NCBI GenBank assembly: GCA_002307275.1
Contig: DBTX01000078.1
Coordinates: 66,350-130,349, forward strand
Length of the DNA stretch: 64,000 nt
Direction: 5' to 3'
Source: Hungateiclostridiaceae bacterium UBA1305
GTDB lineage: Bacteria; Bacillota; Clostridia; Acetivibrionales; DTU013
Shown here piece by piece: positions 9,518 through 18,957 of the stretch. Position 1 is the first letter of the stretch, and each line of letters begins with the position of its first letter. The position numbers were made by a program, and so were the translations under genes. The notes under the pieces are model-generated. The model saw only the letters and a list, made by a program, of their open reading frames with translations. It did not search any database and was not told where the DNA came from.

Positions 9518-9979
9518 TTGGTACAGATATTACTTTGGTTATTATTTTTACCACCTTGGCTTTTGCTAATACCACTGGATAAAAAACGGGTAAAACATTT
9601 TCTATCCGTTACCTTTTTTACTTTAGTATTGACTTCAATTGCCTGGCAAACGGCTCAAGTGTACAATTGGTGGACGACAAAAAACAATTTGTTTTTCCTT
9701 ACCAATATTTCATCATTCAATTATGGATTTCTTGCCATTACCACCTTATATCTATTCTATTTTACTTATCATAGTCCCTGGTTATTTTTTGGCGCTAATA
9801 TACTTCTTGATGCATTTCAAGCATTTATCATCAGTCCGTTTGTATTTGAGAAGATTGGTTTTTATAAAATGAATACCATGAATGATTTCGGACTTTTTCT
9901 TCTGTTAATCAGCATGGTTCCTATTATCTATGTTTATCAAAGATTGTATGATGGAAGTAAGGAAACAAACAGAACATAA
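9518..9979 (+). CDS. Hypothetical polytopic membrane protein
   Basis: GAGGAGGG RBS precedes a TTG start. Four or five hydrophobic segments. No motif I can name with confidence. Confidence 0.55.
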   Translation: MVQILLWLLFLPPWLLLIPLDKKRVKHFLSVTFFTLVLTSIAWQTAQVYNWWTTKNNLFFLTNISSFNYGFLAITTLYLFYFTYHSPWLFFGANILLDAFQAFIISPFVFEKIGFYKMNTMNDFGLFLLLISMVPIIYVYQRLYDGSKETNRT

Positions 9980-10062
9980 TATTCAACAATTTTTGCACTA
10001 TTTCGATTTCCTCACACGGCTTATGTATACCGCATATAATAACTACAGAATTTAATTACTGG

Positions 10063-10269
10063 GTGATGTGCTTGTGTAACAACAGATTCAATGCTGCTCA
10101 ACTTGCAATTATTGCAGCCGTAGTGATGGTAATTGCTGATATTATAACGCTTATTTCATCTATAGCCGCATTCGACGAGCAACAGACAAGCGATGAATCG
10201 GCTAAACGTGACATCGAAAATCAGATTTCCGAATTACAAGGAAAGCTAAGTCGTTATAAAAAAAAGTGA
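10063..10269 (+). CDS. Possible small single-pass membrane protein with a charged coiled tail
   Basis: 68-codon ORF with one TM helix (LAIIAAVVMVIADIITLISSIAAF) and a Lys/Glu-rich tail. The start codon is uncertain. Confidence 0.3.
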   Translation: MMCLCNNRFNAAQLAIIAAVVMVIADIITLISSIAAFDEQQTSDESAKRDIENQISELQGKLSRYKKK

Positions 10270-10313
10270 TCTTCTTCCATTCTGCCAGCCATAATGTTAC
10301 ATAGATCTATTGC

Positions 10314-10349
10314 AAAAAAGATTTGCAGGAAGGAATAATTTTTCTGCAA
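10314..10349 (-). terminator. Probable terminator of the ABC exporter pair
   Basis: On the minus strand, TTGCAG-n15-CTGCAA is followed by atcTTTTTT, ~25 nt after the stop at 10373. Confidence 0.4.
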
Positions 10350-10372
10350 CAGTGTACTGTATGAAAGATTCT

Positions 10373-12157
10373 TTATACTACCTCAAGAAGCCTGTATTGC
10401 GCTGTATAAAGTCTCCAGTAAGCGCCTTTCCCATCCATTAATTCGTCATGGGAGCCCTGCTCCACGATATTTCCACCCTCGATATACATAATCCTGTCGG
10501 CATTTTTTATCGTTGAAAGCCTGTGCGCGATAATGAATGAGGTACGGCCTTTCAGCAGCCTTTGCAGACCTTCCTGCAGCGCCATTTCCGTCTTTGTGTC
10601 AATACTTGAGGTCGCCTCGTCCAGCACGAGTATCCTCGGATCTGCAAGCAACGCTCTGGCAAACGATATGAGCTGCCTCTGCCCTACCGACAGCCTGGCG
10701 CCTCTTTCATTGACCTCGGTATTATAGCCGTCAGGCATCGCCGACACAAACTCATGCGCCCTGACTGCCTTTGCGGCCTCGATCGCCTCTTCATCTGTCG
10801 CATCCAGCCTGCTGTATTTGATATTGTCCATGATGGTGCCGGAGAAAATGAACGTATCCTGCAGCATGATCCCCATCTGCTTTCTCAGGGATTCCAGCGT
10901 CACACTCCTGACATCCCTGCCGTCGATTATTACACTACCCGATACTATATCATAGAACCGGCTCACCAGATTCACAACCGTGGACTTTCCAGCGCCTGTC
11001 GGTCCTACCAGTGCAATGGTTTCTCCGGGTTTCACACTGAAGCTCACATTATTCAGTATAATCTCATCCTGTTCATAGCTGAAAACTACATTTTTGAATT
11101 CCACTGCACCTGCTATGGATGGCATTTCAACTGCATCCGGCAGATTATCGACGATGGCCCTTTCATCAATCGTTTCAAAAATCCTCTCAAGATACGCAAC
11201 AGCGTTTATAATGGCGTTATAGAAATTACCAAGGTTGCTGACAGGCTCCCAGAAGCGCCATATATAGCTTATGAAGGCGATAATAATGCCGACTGTCACT
11301 CCGCCTGTGCCAAGCCAATGAACACCGGCAATAAATACAGCTGTTACCGTTACAACAGATATGATATCAATCATCGGCCACATCAGAAACTGAACCTTGA
11401 CAGCCGCCATCCAGGATTTTCTGTATTCGTTGCTCTGCTTCAGGAATATGTCCATATTCTCGTTTTCTCTTGCAAAGGACTGCGTTACTTTTATTCCGCA
11501 AATGCTCTCATGGATATAGGCGTTCATGTTGGCCTGTTTCCTGCTCAATTTCTGCCAGGCCTTACGTTGTGCATTCTTGACCAGCATTGTCACTGCGATA
11601 AGAATGGGCATGCCTGCGAGGCAGATGAGCGCCAGATGTACATTCAAGTACAGCATGAAGCATACGATCGCCACTAGTGTGAACATATCTGTGATGAGGT
11701 TTATAATACCGTTTGAAAGAAGGTCGCTAAGTGAATTGACGTAATTCACAACCCTGACGAGTATCTTCCCGTGCGGCCTGCTGTCATAATAGGTAAAGGG
11801 CAGCTTCTGCAGATGGACGAACAGGTCCTTCCTGATATCGTGCAGTACACATTGCCCAATGAAGGTCATTGTCCTGATCCTGTATTTCATACAGATGGTA
11901 TTGAAAATAAGTGTTGCAAGGTAGATAATCGACAGCAGGATCAAACCTGAGTAATCCTTTGCAGGTATTTTCGAGTCAATTGCGATCTTGACCAGGTATG
12001 GACCAAGCAACGCCATTACGCTTGCAGTAAGCATCAGCAGTACTGTCGCAATAACCTTCCCTTTGAAGGGTTTGAGGTATCCAAGCATTCTTTGCAGCTG
12101 CTTGAAGTCGAATTTCGTATCAAGTTCTTCGTCTATATCGAATTTGTTTCTTGCCAT
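10373..12157 (-). CDS. ABC exporter, fused permease/ATPase (type I exporter half-transporter)
   Basis: Six-TM domain, then Walker A GPTGAGKST, signature LSVGQRQL and Walker B ILVLDEATS. Confidence 0.9.
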   Translation of the reverse strand: MARNKFDIDEELDTKFDFKQLQRMLGYLKPFKGKVIATVLLMLTASVMALLGPYLVKIAIDSKIPAKDYSGLILLSIIYLATLIFNTICMKYRIRTMTFIGQCVLHDIRKDLFVHLQKLPFTYYDSRPHGKILVRVVNYVNSLSDLLSNGIINLITDMFTLVAIVCFMLYLNVHLALICLAGMPILIAVTMLVKNAQRKAWQKLSRKQANMNAYIHESICGIKVTQSFARENENMDIFLKQSNEYRKSWMAAVKVQFLMWPMIDIISVVTVTAVFIAGVHWLGTGGVTVGIIIAFISYIWRFWEPVSNLGNFYNAIINAVAYLERIFETIDERAIVDNLPDAVEMPSIAGAVEFKNVVFSYEQDEIILNNVSFSVKPGETIALVGPTGAGKSTVVNLVSRFYDIVSGSVIIDGRDVRSVTLESLRKQMGIMLQDTFIFSGTIMDNIKYSRLDATDEEAIEAAKAVRAHEFVSAMPDGYNTEVNERGARLSVGQRQLISFARALLADPRILVLDEATSSIDTKTEMALQEGLQRLLKGRTSFIIAHRLSTIKNADRIMYIEGGNIVEQGSHDELMDGKGAYWRLYTAQYRLLEVV

Positions 12158-12285
12158 ATATCCTCCAGGTAATCAAAATATCGAGCAGTCCAACAGTCAG
12201 GACTAGCAGTTTCAGGCCGTCCCAGACAGTCCGCCTAACCTGCTCTGTAAAAAGTCCCGTCAGCCTGCTTTAAGAGAAAATCCGG

Positions 12286-14043
12286 TCAACCTGCTTTACC
12301 TTCCAGACTTTTGTCAAAGTCGCCGTACTGGTTCAAAAATACACTATAATAATAGCCCTTCAGTGCCATCAATTCCTCATGCGTACCACGCTCGACTATT
12401 GTTTCCGAGCCAAGCACCAGAATGAGGTCTGCATTTTTTACAGAGGAGATCCTGTGTGCAATGATAAATGCTGTCTTGTTCTTGTAGAAATCACTAAGCG
12501 TCCTATGGATCTCATGTTCCGTCTCAATATCCACACTTGAGGTCGTGTCATCCAGGATAATAATAGACGGATCCTTGATAAGCGCCCTTGCCAGCGCTAT
12601 TCTCTGCTTCTGCCCGCCTGACAGGCCGACGCCTCGCTCGCCGATAATGGTGTCATACCCCTCGTTGAAGGTGGTGATGAACTCGTGAGCGCCAGCCATT
12701 TCCGCCGCCCACTCCACCTTTTCAAGGGGCGCCTCCGGTACACCGTAAGCAATATTTCCCTCTATCGTATCCGAAAACAGAAAAATATCCTGCATCGCAA
12801 CCGAAATGCTTTCCCTCAGCTGTCTTACATCATATTCCTTTATATTTCTGTCATCGATCAGGATCTCGCCCTTCGTACAATCATAGAATCTCGATATCAA
12901 GCTGACCAATGTGGATTTCCCGGAACCCGTCGGTCCGATGACAGCTACCGTCTGCCCCGGAAATGCCTTGAAGCTGACGCCATCAAGCACCCGCGTACCG
13001 CCGTAGTTAAAGCTGACATTTCTGAACTCGACCCTGCCCTCCAGCTTTTTATCGCTAATCGCTGTTTCACTGCTCTTGATCTTGGGTTCCCTGTTCAGCA
13101 AAGTCATAATCTTCTCCGCTGATGCGGCAAATCTCTGCGTATCATTGATCAGCCACCCCGCCATCCTCATAGGGTTGTTGAGCGCCCATACGAAGCTGTT
13201 GAAGGTAACAAGCTGTCCAAGTGTTATGTTGCCCCTGATCACCATGATCCCGCCAACAAGGATGATGACTACGGAAAGTGCGCCTGCCAGTGAATCAAGC
13301 ACGGGAAGGTACTTTTCCCAGATCTTTGCCGCTTCAATGTTCCTGTCTTTGTAGCCTGCGTTCTCCCTTGAAAATTTGTATATTTCGTAATCTTCCTTTG
13401 CAAATGCTTTAATGACCCTGTTTCCGCTGATGCTCTCCTGAACGGTGGAGTTCAGCCTTGAAAACTGCTCACGAATGGCGGAAAACGCCGGCTTTACTTC
13501 TCCTGCCAGCTTGAAGGTCAGAATTCCAATCAAGGGAGCGACACAAAGCAGTATCAGTGTGAACGTTGCATTGATTGAAAACAGGATGATCATTACAGTA
13601 ACAAACGTGATGAAATTCAGAAAAAGCGAATAGATGACATAAGCCGTAAAATGCCTGACAGCCTCAAGGTCTCCGGTCATTCTGGCCATAATGTCACCGG
13701 TCTTGGTCGAGTCGAAGAATTCGAAGTCCAGTTCCTGCACCCTCTTAAATATGGACTCCCTCGCATTATAAGTCACACTCTGTGAAACATACTCAAACAT
13801 GTACAGGTAAGCATACCTGAACACCGACTTCAGAACTGTTGTGCCGATCATGATGCCCGCAAGCGTCAGCAGTATCTGCGTCTCCCCGCCCTTTATCACA
13901 CGGTCCACGATCAACCCCTGTATATATGGATTTACCATGTTCAACAAAGTCAAAAAGACAACAAATAGAAGTGCTGTAAAAAAAACAGCGCTATATTTTT
14001 TAAGAAAACTCCAAATCCATTTAAACTCAAGCATTTCAATCAA
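12286..14043 (-). CDS. ABC exporter, fused permease/ATPase (partner half-transporter)
   Basis: Six-TM domain, Walker A GPTGSGKST, signature LSGGQKQR and Walker B IIILDDTTS. It sits in tandem with 10373..12157, suggesting a heterodimer. Confidence 0.9.
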   Translation of the reverse strand: MIEMLEFKWIWSFLKKYSAVFFTALLFVVFLTLLNMVNPYIQGLIVDRVIKGGETQILLTLAGIMIGTTVLKSVFRYAYLYMFEYVSQSVTYNARESIFKRVQELDFEFFDSTKTGDIMARMTGDLEAVRHFTAYVIYSLFLNFITFVTVMIILFSINATFTLILLCVAPLIGILTFKLAGEVKPAFSAIREQFSRLNSTVQESISGNRVIKAFAKEDYEIYKFSRENAGYKDRNIEAAKIWEKYLPVLDSLAGALSVVIILVGGIMVIRGNITLGQLVTFNSFVWALNNPMRMAGWLINDTQRFAASAEKIMTLLNREPKIKSSETAISDKKLEGRVEFRNVSFNYGGTRVLDGVSFKAFPGQTVAVIGPTGSGKSTLVSLISRFYDCTKGEILIDDRNIKEYDVRQLRESISVAMQDIFLFSDTIEGNIAYGVPEAPLEKVEWAAEMAGAHEFITTFNEGYDTIIGERGVGLSGGQKQRIALARALIKDPSIIILDDTTSSVDIETEHEIHRTLSDFYKNKTAFIIAHRISSVKNADLILVLGSETIVERGTHEELMALKGYYYSVFLNQYGDFDKSLEGKAG

Positions 14044-14213
14044 CTACCCTACTCTTTTGTATTATGGTACAAATTTTTTAAATTTTTACATGATTCATAT
14101 CATCCAATTATCATATAATTGCAACCCTAAAAAAATGTACAATACCAATTTTATGATGTATAATCTTATTTTAATACAGCTTTACTCCGGACTGAGGAGC
14201 TTGAAAAAATACA

Positions 14214-15056
14214 ATGTGCGATCTTGGTATCAATGCAGAGAATTTCAATCCACATATATACTTCACCTTTAAACGAAAATTCGATGAAACACATGTGGCC
14301 AATTACCACAGCCACGACTTCGCTTCACTGGTTTATGTGCTTTCAGGGACCTGTCCCTATAACATCGAAAACTCCATCTATCAGGCGAAAAAAGGAGATC
14401 TGATCGTTCTGAATCCGGGTGTGCAGCATGGTAAAATCATGAAGCCCGGCGAGGATATCATGGAGCTTCATACCGGTTTCGGAAACATTTTTGTAGAAGG
14501 TCTCCCAAAGAACCATCTCATAGAGCCCGGCTCCTGCCCCATCATCAGTGTACAGGATCATGAACAGGAATACCTGAAATGCTGCAGCGACATATGCTAC
14601 GCGCAGGAGAACAATGAACCCGGAAGCGAACTCATGCTCAAGATCAACGTCATGAAGCTGCTGGTACTCTTCCTGAAAACGACCCGCAGCAATCAGGGCC
14701 ATGCTGAAAAATCGCGAGTCAGCTTTGATTCCTCTGAAAAATCCGCCATCGTCAGCACACTTATGACTTTTTTGAGCGAGAACTACATGCGCCCAATATC
14801 CCTCGATACCATTTCCAAAAGCATTTATCTGAGCCCCGCCTACATTTCGAAGGTTTTCAAAGAAGAAATGGGCGTATCGCCAATCAATTATTTGATAAAG
14901 ATAAGGCTCGCGAAAGCAAGAGAACTGCTGTTGGAAGGTAAGCTGTCGATTAAGTCTGTCGCCAGATCGGTGGGGTATGAGGATGTTTATTATTTCAGCA
15001 AGCTGTATAAGAAGTACCACGCAGTGCCGCCGTCAAAGGTAAGGCGGCAGGGGTGA
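14214..15056 (+). CDS. AraC-family transcriptional regulator (cupin + HTH)
   Basis: N-terminal cupin-like HSHDF...GDLIVLNPGVQH. C-terminal AraC HTH ISKSIYLSPAYISKVFK...SVGYEDVYYFSKLYKK. Divergent from the ABC pair. Confidence 0.85.
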   Translation: MCDLGINAENFNPHIYFTFKRKFDETHVANYHSHDFASLVYVLSGTCPYNIENSIYQAKKGDLIVLNPGVQHGKIMKPGEDIMELHTGFGNIFVEGLPKNHLIEPGSCPIISVQDHEQEYLKCCSDICYAQENNEPGSELMLKINVMKLLVLFLKTTRSNQGHAEKSRVSFDSSEKSAIVSTLMTFLSENYMRPISLDTISKSIYLSPAYISKVFKEEMGVSPINYLIKIRLAKARELLLEGKLSIKSVARSVGYEDVYYFSKLYKKYHAVPPSKVRRQG

Positions 15057-15208
15057 AGCTGGTTTATCCCTCTCTTTATTTTTATCAAACCATTCCCTAT
15101 TTTCCATCATAAATTACCCTATTTTATGATATACCAATGGTGAATTTTTGCAACAAAAAAAAGCACTCCATTCATTTACAAGGTGCTTTTTATCGTCCTT
15201 TATCCTCT

Positions 15209-15382
15209 TTAAACTTGAACATCAAAGAAGTAATCAGGAATTTCTTCAGGGTGAATGTTCAAAAGTTCAACTGCCTTTTCAATTTCTGATTGGGTGAAAT
15301 CCGTTGCACTTTTTAACCTGGAATTGATTTTTTGTTTATTCATACCCATTTCTTTTCCAAAGGATGTCTTATCACCATACAT
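15209..15382 (-). CDS. Small phage-type HTH protein (DUF739/Cro-like), possibly N-terminally truncated
   Basis: 57 codons, below the ORF-track cutoff: MYGDKTSFGKEMGMNKQKINSRLKSATDFTQSEIEKAVELLNIHPEEIPDYFF. The frame continues upstream (EFRGKNQCNA) to a TGA that ends the 91-codon ORF 15413..15688 in the same frame. Confidence 0.4.
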   Translation of the reverse strand: MYGDKTSFGKEMGMNKQKINSRLKSATDFTQSEIEKAVELLNIHPEEIPDYFFDVQV

Positions 15383-15810
15383 TGCATTGCATTGATTCTT
15401 TCCTCTAAATTCTCATGGTTGAGATCCAACAGATGATATCAGCACTGGGCTTATAAAAATATCTTCCAGGCTAATTCTCATCATCCTGCCAAAATGGATG
15501 TCATCATATGCCGCGCTGAGAGTTGTATGCCTACAATCCTCCTGTGTAGGCATCGCCTGAAGCCCTTGATACGCAAGGCTTTTATGACCATTTATTACCT
15601 TGCTTTTACAAAATAACTCGTAAACTAATGTTAGGTAATTATACCGCAGAGCCGAAGCTATGCTCGTGGCATATAGCAGAAAATGCAAATATCCGCTTCG
15701 CTGGAACAGGCTCTATAAAAAGAATCTCGGAACGACCGACGGGCTGGATGTCGATGTGGACTTACCCAGCGATGAGGTTGATGAAACGGATGAGCCGGAC
15801 AATGCCGAGG

Positions 15811-15856
15811 AATAAAAAAGCTGGATTTCCCAAACACTATCCGGAAAATCCAGCTT
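15811..15856 (-). terminator. Rho-independent terminator of hipA
   Basis: AAGCTGGATTT-n17-AAATCCAGCTT (11-bp stem) is followed on the minus strand by TTTTTTATT, ~25 nt after the hipA stop. Confidence 0.75.
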
Positions 15857-15882
15857 CTGCATCACCAAGAAATTTTGGAATA

Positions 15883-17142
15883 TTACGGCCGAAGGGAAAA
15901 GGCCGACCGCATATACTCAATTGCGCCGCGGCTTAAGCTGTAGCTCTCTGCAATCCTGACCCAGTTCTTTTTCACTGTTTCGCAGATATTGGCAGAAATC
16001 TTTGCAGCCTCGTTTTTGGCAAGTCCAAAGTATTCAGCGACCTCCATGGCTAACGACAAGTCAATTCTGTTGTCGTACTCACTTACATTGAGAGAAAGAC
16101 TGTCCCCAGACGAGATCGGGTTCACATCAAAGAGCGGCGAGAGTCTCCAACCGGTCGGCGTCAGAATAAAGCCATGATTACGAAGATGGTCGTCGGTATT
16201 TGAAACAGCCATATTAAAGACGATCCGTTTCCACAACTCGATTAAATCTTGTTTCGGCTCAGCTCCATTTGCTCGGATATAGGCTGCCAAGTCAAGATAA
16301 CTTGCTCCATCTGCCGCCGATGCTCCATCCGTTTTTCCAAGCAGGGTCATGGCAGAGGCGTAGTGTATGCGTCTTTTGCCGTCTCGGTCAAACCGTTTGA
16401 CAAGAAAAGTGCTGCCGGTTTTCGAGAAGGTTTCGAGCTTTGATTCGGGTACATTCAAGGAGCAGAGCCGCGCCAAATCATGTACGACCTTCTCCCATGC
16501 GCCGCTGTTGTATTCGTCGTGCTTTGACGGGAATTTTGCAATCCACAAGGAGCCGTCCGTCCCCTGCACGGTCGCTTTCGGCCTTGCACCGCCAAGGGAA
16601 GATCCGGGGGCCAGGAGCTCCCGCAGCCACTTTTCTTCAAGTCCGCTATCATCATTTTCAAAGGCGATAGAGGCGTTTTCCAATGTCCGCAGGCTAATCC
16701 ATGGCGGCGTGGCGAAGGCTTTCTCATTAGAACGAAACTCGCCACCTTCTTCCAGACTAAAACGAAGGGCACCCATACGGGACTCATCGTATACCCCAAG
16801 TAAGAAATCACTCTCTGTCAGCTTGCGAGGCTTGCGATCTTCTTTTCGGGCATCTATTGCCTCCTTACGCTTCATGAGAAGCCGGCCCCATCTGTCAGGG
16901 CAGGAATCTGCGAACAGCCCAAACAGGCTTTTATCAAGTGGTGTGTACTGCCGCCCTCTGTAGAGAGAAAGATTCGGGTCAAGAGAGTATGCGCTCTCAA
17001 AAGAATTCAGCCACTCATCAGCGTATTCGAAGGAGAAGCTCTCCTGGCCTCTGATAAACGAAGTGTGCAGTCTGCCAACAAGAGATGACTTCTCGCTGCG
17101 CCAGTTCTCATATACAAATATGGTCTTTTCAGATAGATCCAT
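15883..17142 (-). CDS. hipA: HipA-family serine/threonine kinase toxin
   Basis: N-terminal HipA coupling domain (VGRLHTSFIRGQESFSFEY), phosphate-binding SSLGGARPK, and catalytic NTDDHLRNHGF. Confidence 0.9.
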   Translation of the reverse strand: MDLSEKTIFVYENWRSEKSSLVGRLHTSFIRGQESFSFEYADEWLNSFESAYSLDPNLSLYRGRQYTPLDKSLFGLFADSCPDRWGRLLMKRKEAIDARKEDRKPRKLTESDFLLGVYDESRMGALRFSLEEGGEFRSNEKAFATPPWISLRTLENASIAFENDDSGLEEKWLRELLAPGSSLGGARPKATVQGTDGSLWIAKFPSKHDEYNSGAWEKVVHDLARLCSLNVPESKLETFSKTGSTFLVKRFDRDGKRRIHYASAMTLLGKTDGASAADGASYLDLAAYIRANGAEPKQDLIELWKRIVFNMAVSNTDDHLRNHGFILTPTGWRLSPLFDVNPISSGDSLSLNVSEYDNRIDLSLAMEVAEYFGLAKNEAAKISANICETVKKNWVRIAESYSLSRGAIEYMRSAFSLRP

Positions 17143-17465
17143 TATGAATCACCTTTCTTGGGCGCTCTTTTCCTCGTTTGCAAGTTCAAATCCTGTAGTT
17201 TCCTTCCAAATTCATCATCTTTTGCGATCAGGAGCAGGTCTGTGTCCAGATTATTAAGAGCGTGTAAAACAACTGCATATGATCCGATTGAAACCGTCGA
17301 AGAGCCCTTTTCAATCGCATTGAGTGTCTGTCTGCTGATCCCGGCTCGTTCAGCAACAAGCTGGGAAGACAGCTTCCTTCTCAGTCGTGCAAGTTTCATC
17401 TGCTCGCCCATTTGCTCAAGTATCTCGTGTGTCTTGGGCATTATGATTGCAACCTTTTTACTCAC
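17142..17465 (-). CDS. hipB: XRE-family HTH antitoxin (HipB-like)
   Basis: HTH LSSQLVAERAGISRQTLNAIEKG. Its TAA stop overlaps the hipA ATG (TAATG), implying translational coupling. Confidence 0.8.
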   Translation of the reverse strand: MSKKVAIIMPKTHEILEQMGEQMKLARLRRKLSSQLVAERAGISRQTLNAIEKGSSTVSIGSYAVVLHALNNLDTDLLLIAKDDEFGRKLQDLNLQTRKRAPKKGDS

Positions 17466-17544
17466 ATCATCACCGCCATTATCGTAATGTATAATATAGT
17501 ATACAAATATGGCGTAAATGTCAAGCTAAACGGCTGTTATAGTA

Positions 17545-17682
17545 TTAACTCGACACAATGAGGTTTTCTTCGACAATATATCCGCCGTCAAAGATGATTT
17601 CCAGTTTTCCATTCGGATATACTTTGATACACTCGATCATCTGGCGCACGATGGAATCGTTATATTGAAACTTTTTTGCTCT
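17545..17682 (-). pseudogene. C-terminal remnant of a large serine recombinase
   Basis: Stop-bounded 45 codons RAKKFQYNDSIVRQMIECIKVYPNGKLEIIFDGGYIVEENLIVSS*. The pattern 'F.D..VR.LIE.I.V....KLEI.F..G' is the usual tail of TnpX/TndX-like recombinases. No catalytic domain lies upstream. Confidence 0.5.
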
Positions 17683-17718
17683 CTATCTGTGATAACCTGC
17701 TGGATTTGTACGAGCCAG

Positions 17719-18327
17719 TCATTCGGGGAGCCGTCCTGCAAAGTTAAGTTTTGTCGTAAAGAAAAACGGATTTATTGCAAGTCCCGCTGCTCCGAAGATA
17801 ATGATCGCCATGCATCCTTTTTTATCAATCTGCCTGTTCCACACAGAATAAGTAAGAAACTGCGTAATCCCCGTGACTACACTCAATAAACCTATTTGAA
17901 ACTCATTAAGTCCGGCATATCTGATAAAGTATATGGAAAGCAATGGCCAACCCATTTGCCAGGCAAAGAAAAAGGCAAAGCCACATATACAGAAAATGAA
18001 ATAGGGCTTGTTGGAAACCAACTCTTTCAGGACTGAACTATTCAGAATGGAGAAGGCCGGTCTAGTGTCCTCCCGGGTGCTCTGCTGAAGATTAATTCGG
18101 GAAAAAATGTAAACCTGCAGCAGAGTCAGCACAAAACATACCCCATAAAAAATCTGATACAGGAACAGTCGTTCTCCATCGGATTTGGGTACTTCCGTCA
18201 ACAGCAGACCGGTAATCAGCACCGTAATCAATCCAAAGAATGTGCCGTATTTACTTCTCAGCGATACTATTTTATTTAGGCGCGGGCCCTCTTTTTTCTG
18301 TTCATATGCATTTGGGATACCTTTCCG
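17719..18327 (-). pseudogene. MFS transporter fragment (central TMs only)
   Basis: Stop-to-stop frame of ~200 codons. It holds the central loop, TM7-9 and the second-half motif WNRQIDKKG. The first ~4 TMs and the last ~3 TMs are absent, and there is no credible start. Confidence 0.6.
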
Positions 18328-18520
18328 TCAGGCTTCATTCGCAGGCACATTTGAAGGTTGCCTTCAATACTGGGGATGTATGGGGTTTTGGCTTAATAAG
18401 CCGTATGTACCGAATCCCTGTATATTCATTACTCAAAAATTATAACAGCCTATTTTCTAATAACATAGGAGCAATTTTTTTACATTCAGTGCATTTTTTT
18501 ATGAAATAATACCTTATAAC

Positions 18521-18580
18521 AAAAAAAGATGGCCTTGTTGCCTATCCTGTCACAAAGCAGGATATGATCAAACGAAGGCC
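18521..18580 (-). terminator. Strong orphan terminator (no intact upstream gene)
   Basis: On the minus strand, nested stems GGCCTT...(ATCCTG-n8-CAGGAT)...AAGGCC are followed by TTTTTTT. Upstream there are only short stop-bounded fragments such as FENDPAAIAVVSAFV*. Confidence 0.6.
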
Positions 18581-18832
18581 GATACAACGGCAATGGCGGC
18601 GGGATCATTTTCGAAATCGGAGGAGGATGTAAGTCATATATTTTTGGGAAACCGGTAATTCAGTTTTACTCCCTATTATCAACACTCCTATATACCACGA
18701 AAATTTACTATAAGTATTATCCCCATGTTTCTTAGCAGAATCGGTTTAATAATTTGGCACCTCTAGCACGCTCCTGTCATCAAAATTGTCATCAGTCACA
18801 TTATTGTAAACTTATTTCCAGATAATACAAAG

Positions 18833-18857
18833 CCCCAGAAGGTTTATCCCTCTGGGG
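18833..18857 (-). terminator. Hairpin downstream of the acyl-CoA ligase gene
   Basis: CCCCAGAAGG-tttat-CCCTCTGGGG (one mismatch), ~100 nt after the stop at 18958. The T-tract is weak in both directions. Confidence 0.45.
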
Positions 18858-18957
18858 TTTCAATTGGCTGCTCAGGCAGGATTCGGATCAGCGTCGTTCG
18901 CACTATGCATATGATCCGTATACCGTTTCGCAAAGCCCGCCTTCTCCAGTCTCCGTA

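Larger units (their letters stand above)
15060..18580. mobile_element. Degraded integrated element or gene graveyard carrying an intact HipBA module
   Basis: It contains a phage-type small HTH ORF, an orphan C-terminal gene tail, hipBA, the last 45 codons of a large serine recombinase, an MFS gene lacking both ends, and a terminator with no gene. Confidence 0.4.

Noticed and set aside
10754-11677. 307-codon ORF on the plus strand
   Set aside because: It is antisense to the ABC exporter gene, whose Walker and signature motifs are unambiguous.
14343-15020. 225-codon minus-strand ORF. Similar long antisense ORFs lie at 57900..58559, 45407..46087, 42310..42891, 42578..43174, 59494..60033, 59780..60271 and 60037..60630.
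   Set aside because: Each lies opposite a gene with strong family motifs (AraC, ABC ATPase, LtaE, decarboxylase, permease). None has a plausible RBS or a recognisable domain.
15413-15688. 91-codon minus-strand ORF upstream of the small HTH ORF
   Set aside because: It has no recognisable domain or RBS. It is noted only because its TGA stop is in frame with the downstream HTH ORF, so it is treated as part of the debris and not as a gene.
15062-18853. Identical 13-mer GGTTTATCCCTCT at 15062..15074 and 18841..18853, flanking the HipBA debris island; considered as possible attL/attR
   Set aside because: Under a uniform-composition model, a 64-kb sequence is expected to contain on the order of tens of chance 13-mer repeats. 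The flanks outside the 13-mer do not match. The second copy is simply the loop and arm of a terminator hairpin. The evidence is insufficient to call att sites.
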